Source of the DNA: a virus
Lineage: Duplodnaviria > Caudoviricetes
Direction: 5' to 3' (one strand)
DNA: 37,679 bases
IMG/VR virus record: IMGVR_UViG_3300012940_000054
Location: 1-37,679 of that record
The position numbers and the translations under genes were made by a program. The notes beneath the pieces are model-generated. The model was given only the letters and a program-made list of their open reading frames with translations, searched no databases and was not told the DNA's origin. Positions 8,482 through 14,600 of this stretch are shown one piece after another (the first letter of the stretch is position 1; each line of letters opens with the position of its first letter).

Positions 8482-10281
8482 TCAGTAACGACCATCGTTA
8501 CCCCCGCCGAACTCAGCTCCGTAGGCATACGCCGGGACAGGGTGCGTGCCGTGCAGGTTTGACTGATCGCCGAAATGCGCCCCTCGGACAAGGCTCTCCT
8601 TCAAGTAACGGTGCGCCATGCGCGCCATCCAGTCGGGGTGCAGGAGAGGGTTTCGCGTCATAGGCTTCATCAAGAACTCCACGCGCGGGGCTGTGTCCGA
8701 TACAGCTACGGTCTTTACCTGGTGGGCCTTGAGTGTTGCGACTATGGAGGGTGTGATCTGCGTACCTGCGGTAAAATGGAGCACCTCTTTACCGAGTAAA
8801 TGCCCCTCTGCCCGGTCTACGGGGATATCCCGGGTGCTCTCGCCTACCGCCTTCTTGTAGGTGTTGTAGTGGACGACGTCGCCCTTCAGGAGCTCAGGAT
8901 GCTTGTCGGAGTGCTCTGCGATCCTCACGTGGCTCAAGTCGACTCGCGCGAGGAGCTCGAGGTGCCGCTTGTCGACGTTCAGCCCCTGGCCTCCATACAG
9001 GTCATGGAGGGCATCCACCAGGTACTGCCGGCCTGCTCCGAAACCCTTGTGCCTTACGAGCTCGTCCGGCTTCGGGACCCCTTCCGAAAGCACGTCGCCG
9101 GCCTCTACAGTCTGGCCTACGTGAACTAGCACCTTCAGGTTCGGGCTTGCGTAGTGCTGAAGCCCGTCCACGTAGATGTAATTACCACCATGTGGTGCGG
9201 GCTCGATCTTAGTGATCTTTCCGTGCTTTTCAGCGAGAGCGGCCTTGTTGAAGAAGCTCTGCGGTACCTCGAGTAGCTGCCGCAGACCTGATAGACCTTC
9301 CAACTTCTGAGACGCGCCTTTCAGGACGCGCACGCCGTGCTTCGCGTTGAGGGCGAACTGGGTGAGAGGCTCCGAGAGCGCCTGTGCCGCGCGCACTCCG
9401 ACGTTCACCCCTAGGTCGTGCGGGCGGCCCTTCTCGTCCAGACCCTGGCACTTGCGACACACGCCCTCGTGCGCCTCGCAGGTGAGCGGGGAGCGGACGT
9501 AGATCGTCGCCACGCGTTCACGCAAGGACGAGGCGACCTGCGGCGTGACGAGGTCATTGTGCCTGAAACCACCTACGTCCTTTGCGAGATACCGACCGAG
9601 CGCGTGGGAGTCGCCGCTGGCCATGGCTATACCGTTCACGGTCCCGCAGTCGTCCTGCGTTACGACCATGGGGTACATGTTGTTCACCATGATCTTAGCC
9701 AGGTCGCCGGGCTCTGCGACGGACGTCGAACTCTTCACGGTGTTGATTCTGGCCTCGTTGCCTGCAACCCAATAATCAGCAGCGGTGAGGCCCTCAGAAT
9801 AAGATCGGCCGATGAGCCACGGGGCGATAGCTCCCTTCGCATCGACGGCCGCAACAGGTGACGCTACCGTCTTCATCAGCTGCGGGATGTTTCCGCGAGC
9901 ACCGGAAAGAGCCATCTGGGTCATCGAGCCCGGATGCTCTTTCGTGTGCGCCATGATCTTGTCCTGTACGTCTAGGATGATCTTCTCACGCTCTGCCTGA
10001 CTCTTGGCGCGCTTTGCCGCCTCGACCGCCGGCATGAGGAGTTTGTCCCGTGTTGCGTAGACAGGCGCGATGTCGTCCAGCCCAACGGAGACCCCGTCGA
10101 GCGTGGACAGTTCGTCGCCCACTCGCTTCAGCTTGCTGACGATGCCCACATACGCCTTGGGGTCTTCCTTTGCGATAGCGGTGAGCTTCTTTGTAAGCGC
10201 CGACTTGCCTAGACTATCGCTAGTACGGTGGTGCTCCGGGAGCACCTCATTGATCAGCAGCTGCCCGAGTGTGCTCGCCAT
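8482..10281 (-). CDS. RNA polymerase beta' subunit, C-terminal part (rpoC-like, split)
   Basis: SGARGN; bridge helix EGLTAADYW...ARINTVKSSTSVAEPGDLAK; DDCGT; Zn site RSPLTC..GVCRKC; trigger loop AAQALSEPLTQFALNAKH; KRHLELLAR. Confidence 0.9.
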   Translation of the reverse strand: MASTLGQLLINEVLPEHHRTSDSLGKSALTKKLTAIAKEDPKAYVGIVSKLKRVGDELSTLDGVSVGLDDIAPVYATRDKLLMPAVEAAKRAKSQAEREKIILDVQDKIMAHTKEHPGSMTQMALSGARGNIPQLMKTVASPVAAVDAKGAIAPWLIGRSYSEGLTAADYWVAGNEARINTVKSSTSVAEPGDLAKIMVNNMYPMVVTQDDCGTVNGIAMASGDSHALGRYLAKDVGGFRHNDLVTPQVASSLRERVATIYVRSPLTCEAHEGVCRKCQGLDEKGRPHDLGVNVGVRAAQALSEPLTQFALNAKHGVRVLKGASQKLEGLSGLRQLLEVPQSFFNKAALAEKHGKITKIEPAPHGGNYIYVDGLQHYASPNLKVLVHVGQTVEAGDVLSEGVPKPDELVRHKGFGAGRQYLVDALHDLYGGQGLNVDKRHLELLARVDLSHVRIAEHSDKHPELLKGDVVHYNTYKKAVGESTRDIPVDRAEGHLLGKEVLHFTAGTQITPSIVATLKAHQVKTVAVSDTAPRVEFLMKPMTRNPLLHPDWMARMAHRYLKESLVRGAHFGDQSNLHGTHPVPAYAYGAEFGGGNDGRY

Positions 10282-10544
10282 TACACGCCTCCGAAAGTCC
10301 TTACGCCGGGGTAACTGTACCGGCTGTCCGCGCTCTCGAGACTCACGCGGTCGCTCCAGAGGGGCGGTCGCTCCAACCGCTTGTGCGCGGCTCCGTCGTG
10401 GACGGTTCCGTAGTGGTCCTTGATCGCGCCGAGTGTTTTGGCCAGGTGCTCTGCACCGTTGACTGTGTGGCGCTCAGAGCGGACCCCGAACGCCTGGAGA
10501 GCGTCCGAGGCCCCTCGCTCAAATGCCGCCTGCTTTGTGTTCAC
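10281..10544 (-). CDS. Small hypothetical protein
   Basis: TAATG coupling to the beta'C gene; begins TKQAAFERGASDALQAFGV. Confidence 0.6.
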   Translation of the reverse strand: MNTKQAAFERGASDALQAFGVRSERHTVNGAEHLAKTLGAIKDHYGTVHDGAAHKRLERPPLWSDRVSLESADSRYSYPGVRTFGGV

Positions 10545-10900
10545 CGCCCGAGCCCGAGCCTGGCCTCGATCATCTTAGTAAGATGCTCGCGACCCTTGAC
10601 GTCAAGGCCGAGACGCTGAACTTCGGCCTCCACAAAATCGAGGGCGTAGTGCAGCTTCTGCGCACCGTCCGGCTTCGGCGCATCGGTCTTCAGACGCTTC
10701 TGTGCCCACTCCTCGGCGAGCGCGACCGCCCTGGTGAGCGTGGCGTCGAGGAGGGCTTCGTGCTGCTCAGCGATGTCGAGACCGGTCTTCTTCTCGAACG
10801 TCTGCACACCCTTCTTGGCCAGTGCGACAAGAACGACGGTGAAGACCATCGCAAGCACCGGAACCAGGTGTTCCAAGATCTCAGCAAGATAAGGATTCAT
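10541..10900 (-). CDS. Putative holin, LL-H-like
   Basis: Single N-terminal transmembrane helix followed by AVALAEE...GAQKL..A..FV...IEA, the pattern of LL-H-family holins. Confidence 0.6.
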   Translation of the reverse strand: MNPYLAEILEHLVPVLAMVFTVVLVALAKKGVQTFEKKTGLDIAEQHEALLDATLTRAVALAEEWAQKRLKTDAPKPDGAQKLHYALDFVEAEVQRLGLDVKGREHLTKMIEARLGLGR

Positions 10901-11097
10901 TTTTTTGCCTCCGTCCCCGCGACGCGAAGACTAGGTGATGTAGGTAGGCGGGACAACTTCTCGGGGCGGCGGGGCTGCTCCTTCCAGCCAACCTCCGCCA
11001 AGCGCGGAGGCTTCGACTTGACGCCGAACGCCTTCTCCGCTGCTGCCTGCCCGCGGAGGAATTCGGTGTAACCCCCAGAGGCTTTGTGCATGCTCAA
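10897..11097 (-). CDS. Small basic hypothetical protein
   Basis: Fills the gap with 4-nt overlaps on both sides; shares the F-x2-G-x8-GV motif with its neighbours. Confidence 0.5.
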   Translation of the reverse strand: MSMHKASGGYTEFLRGQAAAEKAFGVKSKPPRLAEVGWKEQPRRPEKLSRLPTSPSLRVAGTEAKK

Positions 11098-11699
11098 CCC
11101 TCGCAGAGAAGCATGCGGCGCATGTCATCCGCGTGATGGCTGTCGCTCAAGGCGAGCTGGTCCGCGAGCGCCTTGAGGGCGAGGTTTTCACCGGCGACAG
11201 CTGCGAGCTCCCGGGCGGCCTGTATAAGCGCCTGCTCCTGTCCCAGGATGACCATGTACATCCGGTGCAGGTCGCTCACGTCGGGTGGCGAGGAAACGGC
11301 CGGGGGCGGCTCACCGCCCAACGCCGTGATCTTCATGGCAAGCGCGTAAGCGTCCTTCTGCTCGTCACGCATGTGCTCCTGAAAGTGTTCGTAGATCACA
11401 TCACGGAAGTGGGCTCGCAGGCGGTCACCGTAATTCATGTAGGTGATGACCTGCGTGTACTTCAGCTTGAGCAGCTTCTGGAGCAGCTTCACGACACGGT
11501 CCTGCGGAACCGCGAAAGCGCCCTCCTGAGGCGACACCATGAGCGGGTGAACACCTTCGGAAGCGGTAGGAGGAGGCGGCTCCACCTGTTCCGGCTGCGC
11601 CACGGGCGCTACGTCCCTGCCGGTCACGGACTCCGCGAGCTGCTCGAGCGCCGTCTTCTGCTTCGTGTCCGTCGTCGGTGCGGGTACGTTGTAGCTCAT
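11094..11699 (-). CDS. Ferritin/bacterioferritin-like four-helix-bundle protein with an N-terminal extension
   Basis: LQKLLKLKYTQVITY...EHFQEHMRDEQKDAYALAMKITALGGEP...QEQALI...DSHHADDM; ATGA coupling to the RNAP gene. Confidence 0.65.
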   Translation of the reverse strand: MSYNVPAPTTDTKQKTALEQLAESVTGRDVAPVAQPEQVEPPPPTASEGVHPLMVSPQEGAFAVPQDRVVKLLQKLLKLKYTQVITYMNYGDRLRAHFRDVIYEHFQEHMRDEQKDAYALAMKITALGGEPPPAVSSPPDVSDLHRMYMVILGQEQALIQAARELAAVAGENLALKALADQLALSDSHHADDMRRMLLCEG

Positions 11700-14600
11700 A
11701 TGATCTCCACCTTATCCTGGAGGCTGATCTCTCCACGCTTGTAGGCCGCTACCGCGTCGGCCTTCGTCTTGAACTTATGGACCTTGCCGTCCGCCGCCTT
11801 GGCAGTTGCCAGGTGCACGCCGATGAGCGCCTCGTGACCAGGGGCGACCATGAGCTCGTTGTGCTGCTTGTCGCCGAAGATCAGGTTGGAGAGTGTCATC
11901 TGACGCACCTCGGAGACCGCTTGCGGCATCACCGGGACATGCACCTGGAAGGTGTCACCGTCGTAGTCGGCGTTCATGCCCTTCTCGATGAAGGGGTTCA
12001 CGCGGATGGTCTTGCCCTGCACCGGGACTGCGTACGCACCGACCACGTTGTAGCGGTGGAGTGTGGGAGCGCGGTTCACCATGACCGGCCGCTCCGCACA
12101 CTCGGCCATCAGAGCGTCACGGGCGGCAGGGTGCCGTTTCTCGAGCATCTCCTTCGCCTGTACAGCGCCGAAGCCTCTGGAGATCAGACGCTTGATGACG
12201 AACTTGCCGAACATACCCCAGAGCATGTCTTCCGGCAGCCCCACCTGATCCATGTCCAGAGAGCCATCAGGCGCAATCGTGCCGCGTCCCGACGCGTCCT
12301 GCTGCTTCTTCATCAGCTTCTTCTGGAAGAAGGAGCTCTTCGGAGTCGTCTTGCCAGTCAGGTGCTCGAGGAAGCCCTTCACGTTGCGCTTCTCGAGCTT
12401 CGGGTTATCTGTCGTGTGCGTCCCGATCACGGCGCCGACAGCCTGGTGCAGGTTGCGACGCAGCCCGGCGTGCTCATCCGGCGGGAGGATGGGTGAGTCG
12501 TTCTGAGCCTTCAGAACCTTGTTGTGCAGCATCGCGTTCTGGTAGAGGTAGTTCGAGTCGCCTACGACCATCTCCTGGCCGCCGTTGCCGGGGAGGATGG
12601 GGCGCATGACAGGCGGGAGCACCGGGAGCTTGGTGAGCACGTAGGCATCGCCGGGTCGCAATCCGGCGCGCTTCAGCGCCTCGAGATACTTGATCTGCTT
12701 CACCGCATCATCGAGCTTGGCGCCGGACAGTCCCTTGATCGTGTTCCTGAGTTCGGTAAGACGAGACTCGACATCGATCTGGTTGAGGCGTGACTTGATA
12801 GCGGCGCCGCCCTCGCGGTAGTGCAGCTCGTCGAGCGCCTTGTTGGTCAGGCCGAGGAGGCGCCTCGTAGGGTCTGTGAATACCGGATTGACGATGGGTT
12901 CGGCCAGGTCGATATGGGACCAGCGCGTACCGGCCGTACCCCCGGTAAGCGAGGGGTCGAAGAGGCCGCCGCGCTCAGGAGCGAGGTCCTTGGCGCGGAC
13001 AAGCTTCTCGTTCTGCACCGCACCAGACGACATCTTGAGTACGTCGTTGTCTGTAAGCGGTTTCAGCGTAAGCGCGCTTCCCTGCTGATCGACTTTGATA
13101 CCCGCGCCATGGAGCATTCCGATGAATTTATCGTACGCGAAAGAAGAGCGCATCGGAGGCAGAGGGAGACCCAGCTGGACGGCCCGCCAGAACTCGTCAT
13201 TCTTCTGACTCTTGATCGACGATGCTTCCTTGAGGACGTTGCGTGCGTTGTGCGCGATGAGCGCATTGAACTCCATTGCACCGATCGCCTTGGCACCCGC
13301 GTCACCACCCTTCGTCGGCTGCATGTTTACGTCGTAACCGCCGGTGCCGCGCGCCGAGAAGTTCGAGTCGGTCGTCTTGAAGAGGCGCAACGTGTACTGC
13401 GGCCCGACGAGGACGCCGTCGATGTGCTTCCCGGAGATCGGGTCGAAAACACGTTCCTTGTCCTTCACGCCATGCTGGGCGAGGAGGTCCTTCGCCCAAC
13501 GCACGTTGTCGCGTCCCGAGAAGTTCTCAACGACAATCGGCTGCCCGGTCTTCTGCGCAACTTTGGCCACAGCCGTCTCGATGATCTGCGCGGGGTTGAT
13601 TCGTGAGATGACGCCGGCCGACGTGTACAGGATGTCTACCGGCTTACCGCCTTCATCCTGGACCATCTTGTGGTCGGGCACGATGTGCGACACGACGCCC
13701 TTGTTGCCGTAGCGCCCGGCGAGCTTGTCGCCGATGCGCATCGGCTCCCGAGTACGGACGGTGACGACGATGCGTCGATCCGACTGGAAGACGTCGACGA
13801 CTTCACCCTCGAAATCGTGGTCCCATGTGCGGATGACTTCACGGTACGGGTTGGCGAGGCTCTTCTTGAAGTTCCCGAGCAGAGCGTCCGTAGAGGAGAG
13901 CTTACCCTTCTGCACACCAACAACGATCGGATCGTGTGGTAGCAGCTTGGCTCCCTTCTTTACGACACCCTTATCGTCGAGCTTGCGGTACTGCGCGGCC
14001 TGGTACTTGCTGCCGTAGTACTGCCGATGAATTTCACGCCCGATCGTCGTGTCGCGATCGACGTCGAGAACTTCCTTGTACATGTGCTCCGAGGTGAGCT
14101 TGGTTGCAGCACCCTCAGAGATGACGACAGCGTCGTTCGAGTTCAGCCCGTAGTAAGGCATATACGCGATCGTCATGTTCCGACCGAGCGCGAGTGTGCC
14201 CCCTCGGGTAAAGTTAGACTCGCCCAGCGGCTGGTCCGCGTGAACGGTGTCGCCAGGCTTTACGTGAAGATCATGGTTGAGGTACGTCTTCGACGCGAAG
14301 GGGAAGAACGTCTCGTACGGAACCTTGACGAGATTATTCTCTTCCGCGACTTTGACACCACCCTCGTCCTCGATCACGCGCTTGAATGCGTCAAGCGTTA
14401 CTGTATGGATGGTGCTCCGCATGCGTGGGAGGATGTGGTGGTCGAAGCACCGCACCGCCGCATCCTTAGTAGGGAAGCCGAGGAAGACCTTGTGCTCATC
14501 GAGTGTCTTCCCGTCGTCTTTGAGCTTCTCGATGATGAAAACGTCCTTCGCGTCCTGGTCCTCGCCGAGATACACGTCGAGCTCTTCCCCGTCGTTGTCG

